Part shown: positions 9,132 through 18,167 of the stretch, piece by piece | Layout of the letters: each line of letters opens with the position of its first letter | How positions within the stretch are numbered: position 1 is the first letter of the stretch | Source: a virus | Lineage: Duplodnaviria; Caudoviricetes | Reading direction: 5' to 3' (one strand) | Virus record (IMG/VR): IMGVR_UViG_3300045806_000179 | Coordinates: 859 to 64,858 of that record | DNA: 64,000 nt | Notes under the pieces: generated by a model | Database searches by the model: none | What the model saw: only the letters and a program-made list of their open reading frames with translations | What the model was told of the DNA's origin: nothing | Program-made: the position numbers and the translations under genes

Positions 9132-10637
9132 ATGTCCAACAATATGCAGGCAGTTCTCGAGGCCATTGCGAAGTCGCAGTCGACCCCGATCGATGATCCC
9201 GTTCTCAAGAACCTCGGTCTCGCGAAGAGCACGTTCTCGCAGCCTGGCGGCGCAACGACCGGCCTCAACTACTATGACCTCGAGCTTGGCGCCAAGTTCC
9301 TCGTTCCCGTTCTGACCCCTCTGCGCAACGAGATCCCGCGCGTCTCGGGCAAGGGCGGTATCCAGGCAAACTGGCGCGCGATTACCGGCATCAACACGAC
9401 CGGTCTTCGCATCGGCGTTTCCGGTGGCAATCGCTCGGCTGTCATGGCTGTCTCGACGCAGGACTACACTGCGTCCTACAAGGGTATCGGCCTTGAGCAG
9501 AACGTCGACTTCGAGGCGCAGTATTCTGCGAACGGATTCGACGATGTCCGCTCGCAGGCTGGTCTTCGCGGTCTGCAGGCTACGATGATCGGTGAAGAGG
9601 CTCTCATCCTCGGCGGCAACTCGACCCTGGCACTCGGTACCACCGGCACTCCGACGCTGACTGCCTCGACCTCTGGCGGCTCGCTGGCGACCCAGACGCT
9701 CTCGGTCATTGCCGTGGCTCTGTCTCTCGACGGCTTCATCAACGGCTCGGTTCTCGGCGGCATTCAGGCCTCCATCACTCGCACCAATGCCGACTCCTCG
9801 TCCGACACCTTCGGTGGCGGCGCTGGTCAGAAGTCCGCGAATGCGACTGTCTCGGTCACCGGCGCCACTGGCTCAGTCACTGCGTCGACCACTGTCAAGA
9901 CTGGCGCCTTCGGCTATGCCTGGTTCTGGGGTCCGGCTGGCTCCGAGATTCTCGGCGCCATCACGAACATCAACTCGGTGTCCATCACGGCCCTCGCCAC
10001 CGGCTCGCAGACTGCGGCATCGCTGCCGTCGGCTGACTGGTCGCAGAACAACCTCGTGTTCGACGGTCTCCTGACCATCGCCATGAAGGGTCTCGGCTCC
10101 TACGTCGCGACGCAGCCCACTGGCTCTGCTGGCGTCGGCACTCCGCTGACCTCGGACGGTGCCGGCGGCATCGTCGAGATCGACGCTGCCCTGAAGTACT
10201 TCTGGGACGTCTATCGCCTGTCACCCCAGCGCATCTGGGTCAACTCGCAGGAGGCCCTGAACATCTCGCGCAAGATCCTTGCTGGTAACAGTAACGCGGC
10301 TCAGCGCTTCGTGTTCAATACGACCCAGGATGCCATTGGTGGTGGTATCATGGTTCGCACCTACCTCAACCGCTTCTCCATGGGCGGTGGCAGCACGCTG
10401 GACATCATGATTCATCCGAACATGCCTGCCGGCACGATCCTGTTCGACACGACCTCGCTGCCCTATCCGATCTCCGGTGTTGGCAACGTTCGCCAGATCC
10501 GGACTCGTCAGGAGTACTACCAGATCGAGTGGCCGCTTCGTACTCGCAAATATGAGTATGGTGTCTACGCGGACGAGGTGCTCCAGCACTACTTCCCGCC
10601 AGCTCTCGGCGTGATCACGAATATCGGCAACGGCTGA
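9132..10637 (+). CDS. Major capsid protein (HK97 fold) with Ser/Thr-rich insertion domain
   Basis: Position after protease; YDLE..LVPVLTPLRNEIPRV, YGVYADEVL..GVITNI; high-expression codon usage; LAK/S putative maturation site. Confidence 0.88.
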   Translation: MSNNMQAVLEAIAKSQSTPIDDPVLKNLGLAKSTFSQPGGATTGLNYYDLELGAKFLVPVLTPLRNEIPRVSGKGGIQANWRAITGINTTGLRIGVSGGNRSAVMAVSTQDYTASYKGIGLEQNVDFEAQYSANGFDDVRSQAGLRGLQATMIGEEALILGGNSTLALGTTGTPTLTASTSGGSLATQTLSVIAVALSLDGFINGSVLGGIQASITRTNADSSSDTFGGGAGQKSANATVSVTGATGSVTASTTVKTGAFGYAWFWGPAGSEILGAITNINSVSITALATGSQTAASLPSADWSQNNLVFDGLLTIAMKGLGSYVATQPTGSAGVGTPLTSDGAGGIVEIDAALKYFWDVYRLSPQRIWVNSQEALNISRKILAGNSNAAQRFVFNTTQDAIGGGIMVRTYLNRFSMGGGSTLDIMIHPNMPAGTILFDTTSLPYPISGVGNVRQIRTRQEYYQIEWPLRTRKYEYGVYADEVLQHYFPPALGVITNIGNG

Positions 10638-10681
10638 TACAGATGTTGCGCTGGGGCTAGGCTCCTCGGCTTCATCGCGAC

Positions 10682-10717
10682 CGGAGGCAGCGCCATAGTG
10701 GTGCTGTCTCCGTTAAT
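10682..10717 (+). terminator. Stem-loop after capsid gene
   Basis: CGGAGGCAGCGCCA-TAG-TGGTGCTGTCTCCG followed by TTAAT. Confidence 0.55.
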
Positions 10718-10741
10718 CAGACATCAGCATGGGAGCTGAGA

Positions 10742-11200
10742 ATGGCACAGGTTATCATGAATGCCCCGACGGGTTGCTCGGGTATGTCCATCGAGGGATT
10801 CGAGATCGACGTCAATGATGGTGTCGCCACTGTCGACGAGCAGTATATCGGTCTTCTGGTGTCGCATGGATTCACGACTCAGGATGCTCCGGTCATCGGG
10901 ACGCGCTCCGGTAATATTCAGTTCGTCACTGCTGCTGCTCGCTCGGTGATCGAGAACCTCGACGACGCGACGCTCGGCGCCTTCGTCGCTCTGTCCGACG
11001 ACGACCGCGCCTCGTTCTGGAGTCAGTTCCAGAGTGTGATCCAGCGCGCACAGACTCCTGCTGTGCCGGCGACTGCTGCTCCGGCGACTGCTGCTCCGGC
11101 GACTGCTGCTCCGGCGACTGCTGCTCCGGCGACTGCTGCTCCGGCGACTGCTGCTCCGGCGACTGCTGCTCCGGCGACTGCTGCTCCGGCGACGAAGTAA
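10742..11200 (+). CDS. Hypothetical head-associated protein with C-terminal (PATAA)8 tail
   Basis: ORF with RBS GGGAG between capsid and adaptor genes. Confidence 0.7.
   Translation: MAQVIMNAPTGCSGMSIEGFEIDVNDGVATVDEQYIGLLVSHGFTTQDAPVIGTRSGNIQFVTAAARSVIENLDDATLGAFVALSDDDRASFWSQFQSVIQRAQTPAVPATAAPATAAPATAAPATAAPATAAPATAAPATAAPATAAPATK
11066..11193 (+). repeat. Perfect 15-bp tandem repeat CCGGCGACTGCTGCT x8 plus partial
   Basis: Read directly; encodes PATAA x8. Confidence 0.97.
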
Positions 11201-11212
11201 GGAACACAGAAG

Positions 11213-12028
11213 ATGGCACAGTTCGATCTTGTCTCACTCGCTGAAGTCAAGACCTGGCTTGGCATCACTAACACGGACGCCACGCGAGATGCTCTTCTGT
11301 CTAGACTTATCACGCAGATCAGCCGTGCCATCTTCAACAACATAAATCGCAACGGTCTTCTTCCACAGACTGTGACGGAGGTGTATGATGGCAGTGGTCA
11401 GAGCAGGCTCCAGCTCAGAAACTGGCCAGCACTCTCTGTGTCCTCTGTCACGGTCGACACCGCCACCTACGCAGTCTCGACAAGTGTCTCGACGCCTGGC
11501 TTCTTTCTGGAGTCCCCGGACACCGAGCCTCCTGGAAACATGCAGCTTCTTCATCTTCGGTATGGTGGGTTCACCAAGGGGTGGCAGAACGTCTATGTGA
11601 CGTACACGATCGGGTACATGGTGTCCGGGGAAGTACAGTCCATCCCGTCCTCTGGACCATATCAGATCACTGCTACTGCTCCGTACGGAAACTGGGGATC
11701 TGACTACAGCGTCTCGTTCACTGGTGGCGCAGTTCTCACTGCTGTGACCGGAGTTCCGTCCACTGGCCAGTACTCTGTATCCGCTGGTGTCTACACGTTC
11801 TCCGCAGCCGACGCTGGAAAGTCCGTCACGCTGTCGTACGGATACATTCCGGCGGATCTAACACAGTGCGCTCTCGAGTGGATTGCGTATCGATACTCTC
11901 AGAGAGATCGCATTGGACAGACCTCAAAGAGTATTGGTGGTCAGGAGACCGTGGCGTACACCAATGAGGCTGTACCAGCGTTCGTAGTCGAGAGTCTGCA
12001 GAACTTCAGAAGGATCGTCCCATGCTAG
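11213..12028 (+). CDS. Head-tail adaptor (gp6/gp15-like) with internal beta-rich insertion
   Basis: DLVSLAEVKTWLGI..D.LLSRLI N-terminus; GYIPADL...SKSIGG C-terminus. Confidence 0.8.
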   Translation: MAQFDLVSLAEVKTWLGITNTDATRDALLSRLITQISRAIFNNINRNGLLPQTVTEVYDGSGQSRLQLRNWPALSVSSVTVDTATYAVSTSVSTPGFFLESPDTEPPGNMQLLHLRYGGFTKGWQNVYVTYTIGYMVSGEVQSIPSSGPYQITATAPYGNWGSDYSVSFTGGAVLTAVTGVPSTGQYSVSAGVYTFSAADAGKSVTLSYGYIPADLTQCALEWIAYRYSQRDRIGQTSKSIGGQETVAYTNEAVPAFVVESLQNFRRIVPC

Positions 12029-12504
12029 CGATCAGGATCACTGGATCCGAGGAGGTACAGCGCAGATTCGCGAACATGCCTGCTGGAGTGCGCGCAGCAC
12101 TTCGCGCGAAGGTATTCGCGCTAACTCTCATGCTCGAGGCCCATGTAAAGAACGACAAGCTGTCCGGTCAGGTTCTCAACACCGTGACCGGACGCCTCAA
12201 GAGATCCATCCAGTCCAGGGTCACTGAGGACGAGAGTCTGATAACTGGCTCTGTCTTCTCCTCTGGTGACGTTCCGTATGCTGCAATTCATGAGTTCGGA
12301 GGTAAGACCTCTCCTCATGACATCGTACCAGTTAAGGCAAAGGCGCTCGCGTTCATGATGAATGGTAAGATGGTGTTCGCGAAGATTGTTCACCATCCTG
12401 GGTCAGTCATGCCTGAGCGCAGCTATCTGCGATCATCACTGGACGACATGCACGACAGAATTGTCAATGAGCTTACACAGGCAGTGCGAGGCGCAGTTCA
12501 ATGA
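12022..12504 (+). CDS. Neck/tail completion protein (HK97 gp10-like)
   Basis: TGRLKRSI, YAAIHEFGG, VHHPG..MPERSYLRSSL. Confidence 0.8.
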   Translation: MLAIRITGSEEVQRRFANMPAGVRAALRAKVFALTLMLEAHVKNDKLSGQVLNTVTGRLKRSIQSRVTEDESLITGSVFSSGDVPYAAIHEFGGKTSPHDIVPVKAKALAFMMNGKMVFAKIVHHPGSVMPERSYLRSSLDDMHDRIVNELTQAVRGAVQ

Positions 12505-12965
12505 CCCTATCAGTCAGTCGCGAGACGGTTCTCTCTGCTCTCTTCACGAAACTATCCGCCACGTCATTTCTCTCCCCGGTCTCCGGACAAACGACATTCG
12601 TCTCGGTATCTAGACGACTAAGACACTGGGCGGATGTTCCTCGTGATCAGCGTCCCGCCATGTTCATGACCTGCCACGGTGAGTCTACGACGTACAGGTC
12701 GGAGAATACTCATCTGTACAATAAGATGAGCGTGAAGGTATTCGTCTACACTGACAGTGCTGACAAGATGTCAGTTCCTGACACAGACATCAGTGTGATT
12801 CTCGATGCATTAGATGTTACTCTGTCTCCTGGACCGGGAGAGCAGCGAATGACGCTTGGTGGTCTTGTGTCACACTGCAGAGTGGACGGAGAGATTCTTC
12901 GAGATCCTGGGGACATGGACGGAGATGGACTCATCATTGTCCCGATATCAATAACTCTCACATGA
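12501..12965 (+). CDS. Tail terminator protein (putative)
   Basis: Size, position and TLGGLVSHC motif. Confidence 0.65.
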   Translation: MTLSVSRETVLSALFTKLSATSFLSPVSGQTTFVSVSRRLRHWADVPRDQRPAMFMTCHGESTTYRSENTHLYNKMSVKVFVYTDSADKMSVPDTDISVILDALDVTLSPGPGEQRMTLGGLVSHCRVDGEILRDPGDMDGDGLIIVPISITLT

Positions 12966-12975
12966 GGAAACTATC

Positions 12976-13293
12976 ATGACTGACTGGACCACCATAGCAG
13001 CGCCTACGCCAGATGCGCCGTTAGCGCCAGCGCCGACACCTATTTCTGAGCCCTCCAGTCCTTCTCCAGCGCCCGTCACCGTAGCGCCCGCTACCGTACT
13101 AGCGGCGGAAATTTCCGTCAGTCCTGTGACCCCTGCAGCGGCTGCCACTACCACGCCCGAGACGATTGCTCAGATTATTGATCGCCACTTTATGGTCTGT
13201 CTCCCTGGGACTCTGGTTTCAGAGACGACAGAGCAGTGGAATCTTCTCTATAGGTTCAGGGAGGATCTTAAGAACCTTCTTTCTGGCAGGTAA
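12976..13293 (+). CDS. Hypothetical Pro/Ala-rich protein
   Basis: ORF with RBS GAGGA; N-terminal half coincides with a TC/TG-poor island. Confidence 0.55.
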   Translation: MTDWTTIAAPTPDAPLAPAPTPISEPSSPSPAPVTVAPATVLAAEISVSPVTPAAAATTTPETIAQIIDRHFMVCLPGTLVSETTEQWNLLYRFREDLKNLLSGR

Positions 13294-13326
13294 CATCCCT
13301 CTATACATCATAGGAGAATATGAGAA

Positions 13327-14076
13327 ATGACGACTCCTCTCGACGCCTTCGGCCCTGGCGTCATCATTGTTACCAGGACCGACATTGCCAACTCCACTCC
13401 GGTCAATATCGGCTATGCCCAGGAGTTCTCTCCAGAGTTCTCAGGCAATATCAAGGAGCTCTTCGGACAGAACCAGTTTCCGATTGATGCCGCTCGTGGC
13501 ACGGTCAAGGTGACCGGAAAGATCAAGGCTGCTGTTCTCTCTGGTCTTGCCTGGAACACTGCGTTCTTCGGCAGCTCCTTCGTCACTGGTGGTATCAAGT
13601 GGAATCCGCTGGAGGCTGCTTCGGTTCCGGCGGTGTCCACCTACACCGTTACTGTCATCAATGCTGCCACTTTCGATGCTGATCTCGGCGTCGTCTATGC
13701 TCTGACCAATCTTCCTTTCGTGAAGGTTGCCTCTGCTCCGGCCGCAGGTCAGTACTCCGTCTCAGGTGTCGGCGTGTACACCTTCGCTGCTGCTGACGCT
13801 TCTGCTGCTGTGCTCATCAACTATACGAGCACCGTTACGACTGGTCAGACCCTCACTATCGCCAACTCGCTTCTTGGCTCCTCCCCGAGCTTCCAGCTGG
13901 ACTACTACACGTCTCGCAGCAACAAGGCGTTCGTTGCTCGGTACTACCAGTGTCAGTCGGCGAAGATCTCCTTCGCGGCCAAGCTGGAGGACTTCATCAT
14001 GCCAGAGTTCGAGGTTCACATGTTCGCGAACTCCGCCGGCAACCTCGGGAAGCTCTACTTCCCCGAAGTCTCGTAA
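13327..14076 (+). CDS. Major tail (tube) protein
   Basis: FGPG, KELFGQNQFPIDAARG, KLEDF.MPEF; precedes chaperones and tape measure. Confidence 0.8.
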   Translation: MTTPLDAFGPGVIIVTRTDIANSTPVNIGYAQEFSPEFSGNIKELFGQNQFPIDAARGTVKVTGKIKAAVLSGLAWNTAFFGSSFVTGGIKWNPLEAASVPAVSTYTVTVINAATFDADLGVVYALTNLPFVKVASAPAAGQYSVSGVGVYTFAAADASAAVLINYTSTVTTGQTLTIANSLLGSSPSFQLDYYTSRSNKAFVARYYQCQSAKISFAAKLEDFIMPEFEVHMFANSAGNLGKLYFPEVS

Positions 14077-14120
14077 TACCTGTCAGTCTGACTGACCACA
14101 ACATAGAGGAGTAACTACAC

Positions 14121-14447
14121 ATGCGTCCTGAACCCATCAAGATCACACTGTCCGATAAGGACTATACAATTCGTCCGCTCACTCTTGGGCAGATTCGGAA
14201 GATCGACGAGCTCATGCTCAGGCTTGAGATGCGGCAGGTCGGGAAGTCGATCGCAATAATTGCGATTGCGCTCGAGCGGGACTATGCCGCGACTGCTGCA
14301 GACATTGAGAATCAGGAGCACTCCATGATGGAGCTTGGCAGTGCTGTCGCCAGTATCCTGACGGTTGGAGGAATGATCGCAGTCTCCAGTTCGGGGGAGT
14401 CTCCGGCGGCTCAGGTGATCACTGGGACCGCGTCTACGGAAAGCTGA
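14121..14447 (+). CDS. Tail assembly chaperone (G-like)
   Basis: Position; ends near slippery G-GGG-GAG at 14393-14399. Confidence 0.75.
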   Translation: MRPEPIKITLSDKDYTIRPLTLGQIRKIDELMLRLEMRQVGKSIAIIAIALERDYAATAADIENQEHSMMELGSAVASILTVGGMIAVSSSGESPAAQVITGTASTES

Positions 14448-14701
14448 TGTGCGAGGGTCGATCATTTGAGGAGATCGACTCGATGACACTCTTTGACCTC
14501 CAGATGATGAATGTGTACAGGTCCGTGCACCCGAGTCTGGAGGATCTGGTGTCCATGATCGCGACACAGTTCGGATATACCCCTCCTTCTGTGAAGAAGG
14601 AGATCACAGTGGAGTCTCTGTACGATCCTCGTGCAGATATTGAGGCTGCATTCGCTAACGCGAAGTTCTCCAGTGCGGATGGAATATCAAATGTCTTCTG
14701 A
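14447..14701 (+). CDS. Tail assembly chaperone extension (T-like), probably reached by -1 frameshift
   Basis: Lies in the -1 frame, which is open from the slippery site (GVSGGSGDHWDRVYGKLMCEG...). Confidence 0.65.
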   Translation: MCEGRSFEEIDSMTLFDLQMMNVYRSVHPSLEDLVSMIATQFGYTPPSVKKEITVESLYDPRADIEAAFANAKFSSADGISNVF

Positions 14702-17700
14702 TGTGAAGGTCGTCTTTGGTGGTGATGTGTCCGATCTTCGTGACAAGATGGAGATCGCGCAGAGAGCAGTCAGTGACTCGACAGATCAGATGAGGAGAGG
14801 TGCGGATGCGGCCAGTCCCGCATTCGCACAGCTTCAGCAGAGAATAGACGCACTCACCGAGGCAGCGAAGAAAAATGCCTCTGCTACTGAGGGTCTTCTC
14901 TCGATGCAGAAGTGGGGAAACGACGGAAGTGTGCTCTACACGACATACAAGCTTCTTGGGCATGCAATAGATGGAATTTCCGAGTCGGTAAGTCTCGGAA
15001 GTAGTGCACTCAGGGCATTTGCTGATGGAGAGGCATATCTCGGAGCTAAGGCATATGAGGCAGGATACGGTGTTCGTGCCCTAATTACCGAGTACATGGA
15101 CTATGCCAAGGCTCAGGCGTACATCACTCAGCAGGGTAATCCTCTGCAGGTCAGCAATGATGGATTCATTGCAGCAATCGGAAGAAGAATACAGAACTAT
15201 GAGGAATTGTCTAATCGCAGCATGCTGGTTGCGAATGGTATGGCGTACGAGGGCATGCAGGCAGCAGTGACTGCTGGACAGTATGATCGCCTATCAGCAG
15301 AGGCAGTAAGGGCCGGAACTACTGTTGCTCAGATTGCCTCTGATCTTGAGGCAAAGCTGATGAGTAGAGGAACATCTGCTGGTGATGCAACTGGCATCGT
15401 GAAGATGTTCGAGGCCATACCTGGTGCCACACTACCAGTTCAGTATGAGCTCACAAAGTTCACTGAGCAGCTGAATACCACAGGTGAGGATGCTAAGAAA
15501 TTTGCCGTCTCTCTGGCATCCGTAATGACTGACCCATCCTCTGGAGGCAACTCCTATCTTCAGTCGCTCGGTGGTGTGTCTGAGGAGCTACGCTCTCAGT
15601 TCGACTCGCAGCAGCGCCAGAATGATCTCATGGGGATGAGAGCTGTCATTCTTGAGGCTCTTCGAGGAAAGATGACTCAGCTGGCTGATGCTGAGGTTCT
15701 TGGAGTCAGCGAGATTGATGCATACAACCGAAAGGTTGTAGAGCAGGATGGACTCTGGGGTCGTCTATTCGAGACAAAGAAGGGCGCCAGCAGCGATGAG
15801 ATCGCAGCAGCAGCCAGACATCGTGCAGAGCTAGGAGAGCAGATAGCCAAGCATGAGCAGGCGATCAGTAGAATTAGGCAGCAGACCACTGGCATCCAGG
15901 AGAGTGAGGCTGCAGCTCGCAATTTAGTCAACTCCATGAATCCTCTGGAGCACCAGCTGGAGATGGCCGTTAGTCAGGCCAATACTCTTACTACTGCGTT
16001 CCGAAACGCAGCTAAGGCATCTGCAGATATTCATCTTGGTGGAGCATCTCTTGATGGCCACGGTGACGGAGTAGTTGGTAGTTGGTGGACAGAGGATCGT
16101 ATTCAGCATGCAGCCCAGAGACTGATGGCGGAGGCTGGCCTCTCACCATCTGGAGCTTCTGGGCTAGTTGCAAGATGGTCCTCTGTCGAGGCTCCTGGTG
16201 GTCCTGGGTCAGTTAATCCGACCAGTGGTGCCTTCGGTATTGGTCAGTGGCTTGGTGATCGCAAGACTGGCATTGACGGAAACACTGACTTTGACGCTCA
16301 GATCGCACACGCAGTAGCTGAGCTAAATGGCAAGGAGCGTACTGCAGCTGCTGCACTTAGGTCTGCCTCATCGTCTGCTGATGGTGCTCGTGGTGCGTCC
16401 ATGTACGAGAGAGCCGAGGGATACAATGAATCCACCGGAAAGGACAATTTCACGGATAAGACTCCTGTCGACAGGGTCTCTGGCATTCTGGCCCAGAAGA
16501 GAGCTCTCGATAATGTTCTCGACACTGAGCAGAAGATCCGTGATGCGATGGTCGGGGGTAATGCAGTAACACTCGCTCAGGCTGCGATAACGGCTCGCAA
16601 CGCCGCTGGACAGAAGGACTCTGTCCAGGATGCACGGGATATGGTCACTGCCTGGGAGAGGGTACTGAGCAATGCCCACTCACTGGACAGTCAGATAGCT
16701 GCTCTCAATGGTCTAAGTGCAGCAAGAGTCGCACTCGCAGACAAGCAGCACGCTGCTGGAGTTGCTGAGAATACGCTGGGAGCATCGTCAGCCAATTCAG
16801 CAGAGATGAAACTGGCACTGGCAAAGCAGCTGTACGACATTAATATGAAGGCAGCTGGAAATGACTCAGCATCTCAGGATCAGGCACGTGCTGCGTACAA
16901 GGCGGCGCAGGTCACATACCAGAAGCAGCTATTCGACATAGCCATTGCTCAGAGTAATCTCACTCACAATGACGATGATGAGAGCGGAGAGAAGAAGCTG
17001 GCTGCAGCAAGAGAGCTGGCAAATCTTCAGCTGACACAGGCGAGGTCTACAGGGGACAAGCCAGGGGAGTTGACGGCGCTACTAGCGCTGAAGACTGCTC
17101 AGGATAGCTTTGATACTGACAAGAGTGCCAGGGACAAGGCCGCTATTGAGGCGAAGCTCGCTCTTGACCTGAATGCGCTGGAGATGGAGAAGGTTACTCA
17201 GGGATCCAGCCTCAGTAACCATGAGAAGATGAACCAGAGTAAGTTGATGAGCGACATCTCCTTCGTTGATCGAGAGAATGCTCTGAGAGTTGCTGCGGCA
17301 CAGAAGCTGGAGGAACTGACCTCGAAAGGATCTTTGGAGGAGCAGAAGGCGCAGGCAGCAATTACCCAGGCAGTTGCTGCTGGTGTCACGGCCAGACAGC
17401 AGATTCTTCAGGCTGACATGGCGAAGACTGCACAGTCCTACCAGCAGGCCTTCGAGAAGATCGGAAGTACGGTCTCCACATCCCTCATGGGGATGATTCA
17501 GGGAACAACCTCATTCCAGCAGATGATGGCTAAGATTGCAAGTCAGATTCTGCAGGACTTCATCAGTATGGGAGTGAAGCAGGTTGCCGACTGGGCTGCC
17601 ATAGAGTCCATGAAACTGGTGAGGACGGTCACTGGTCAGACCGCGCAGACTGCAGCCGTTGCTGCAGGTACGGCAGCACGGACAGCTACAGTAACGGCGG

Positions 17701-18164
17701 GCGCTACGGCTGGAGCAGCGGCTGAGAAACTGGCAAATGCCTCTACGATCTCTGGCGATGCTGCAAAGGCAGGTGCTGGTGCCTATGCGTCTGTTGTTCA
17801 GATACCGATTATCGGTCCTGTTCTTGCTCCTGCGGCTGCTGCTGTCGCCTATGGTGCAACTATGGCATTCGGATCGTATGACATTGGCTCATGGTCTCTG
17901 CCGCACGATCAGCTGGCCATGGTACATGCTGGTGAGATGATCGTCCCTAGCCGTGGTGGTGTTGCTGATGAGTTCCGATCCATGCTCGGTGGTGACGGCT
18001 CAAAGAAGAGTAGCGGTGATACTCATCTTCACGTGAATGTCTCTGCAGTTGATGGCTCGAGTGTGAAGCAGTTCTTCCACAATAACTCGAAGCACATGAT
18101 CAGTGCTCTCGACATGGCTGTAAAGAACGGTGATCACAGTGGATTCCGACGTCTTGGAGGATGA
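14691..18164 (+). CDS. Tape measure protein with internal phage-tail lysozyme domain
   Basis: Long Ala/Gln-rich helical protein; SGAFGIGQWLGDRK..YERAE lysozyme-like motif; MVHAGEMIVP C-terminus. Confidence 0.9.
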   Translation: MSSDVKVVFGGDVSDLRDKMEIAQRAVSDSTDQMRRGADAASPAFAQLQQRIDALTEAAKKNASATEGLLSMQKWGNDGSVLYTTYKLLGHAIDGISESVSLGSSALRAFADGEAYLGAKAYEAGYGVRALITEYMDYAKAQAYITQQGNPLQVSNDGFIAAIGRRIQNYEELSNRSMLVANGMAYEGMQAAVTAGQYDRLSAEAVRAGTTVAQIASDLEAKLMSRGTSAGDATGIVKMFEAIPGATLPVQYELTKFTEQLNTTGEDAKKFAVSLASVMTDPSSGGNSYLQSLGGVSEELRSQFDSQQRQNDLMGMRAVILEALRGKMTQLADAEVLGVSEIDAYNRKVVEQDGLWGRLFETKKGASSDEIAAAARHRAELGEQIAKHEQAISRIRQQTTGIQESEAAARNLVNSMNPLEHQLEMAVSQANTLTTAFRNAAKASADIHLGGASLDGHGDGVVGSWWTEDRIQHAAQRLMAEAGLSPSGASGLVARWSSVEAPGGPGSVNPTSGAFGIGQWLGDRKTGIDGNTDFDAQIAHAVAELNGKERTAAAALRSASSSADGARGASMYERAEGYNESTGKDNFTDKTPVDRVSGILAQKRALDNVLDTEQKIRDAMVGGNAVTLAQAAITARNAAGQKDSVQDARDMVTAWERVLSNAHSLDSQIAALNGLSAARVALADKQHAAGVAENTLGASSANSAEMKLALAKQLYDINMKAAGNDSASQDQARAAYKAAQVTYQKQLFDIAIAQSNLTHNDDDESGEKKLAAARELANLQLTQARSTGDKPGELTALLALKTAQDSFDTDKSARDKAAIEAKLALDLNALEMEKVTQGSSLSNHEKMNQSKLMSDISFVDRENALRVAAAQKLEELTSKGSLEEQKAQAAITQAVAAGVTARQQILQADMAKTAQSYQQAFEKIGSTVSTSLMGMIQGTTSFQQMMAKIASQILQDFISMGVKQVADWAAIESMKLVRTVTGQTAQTAAVAAGTAARTATVTAGATAGAAAEKLANASTISGDAAKAGAGAYASVVQIPIIGPVLAPAAAAVAYGATMAFGSYDIGSWSLPHDQLAMVHAGEMIVPSRGGVADEFRSMLGGDGSKKSSGDTHLHVNVSAVDGSSVKQFFHNNSKHMISALDMAVKNGDHSGFRRLGG

Positions 18165-18167
18165 TAA

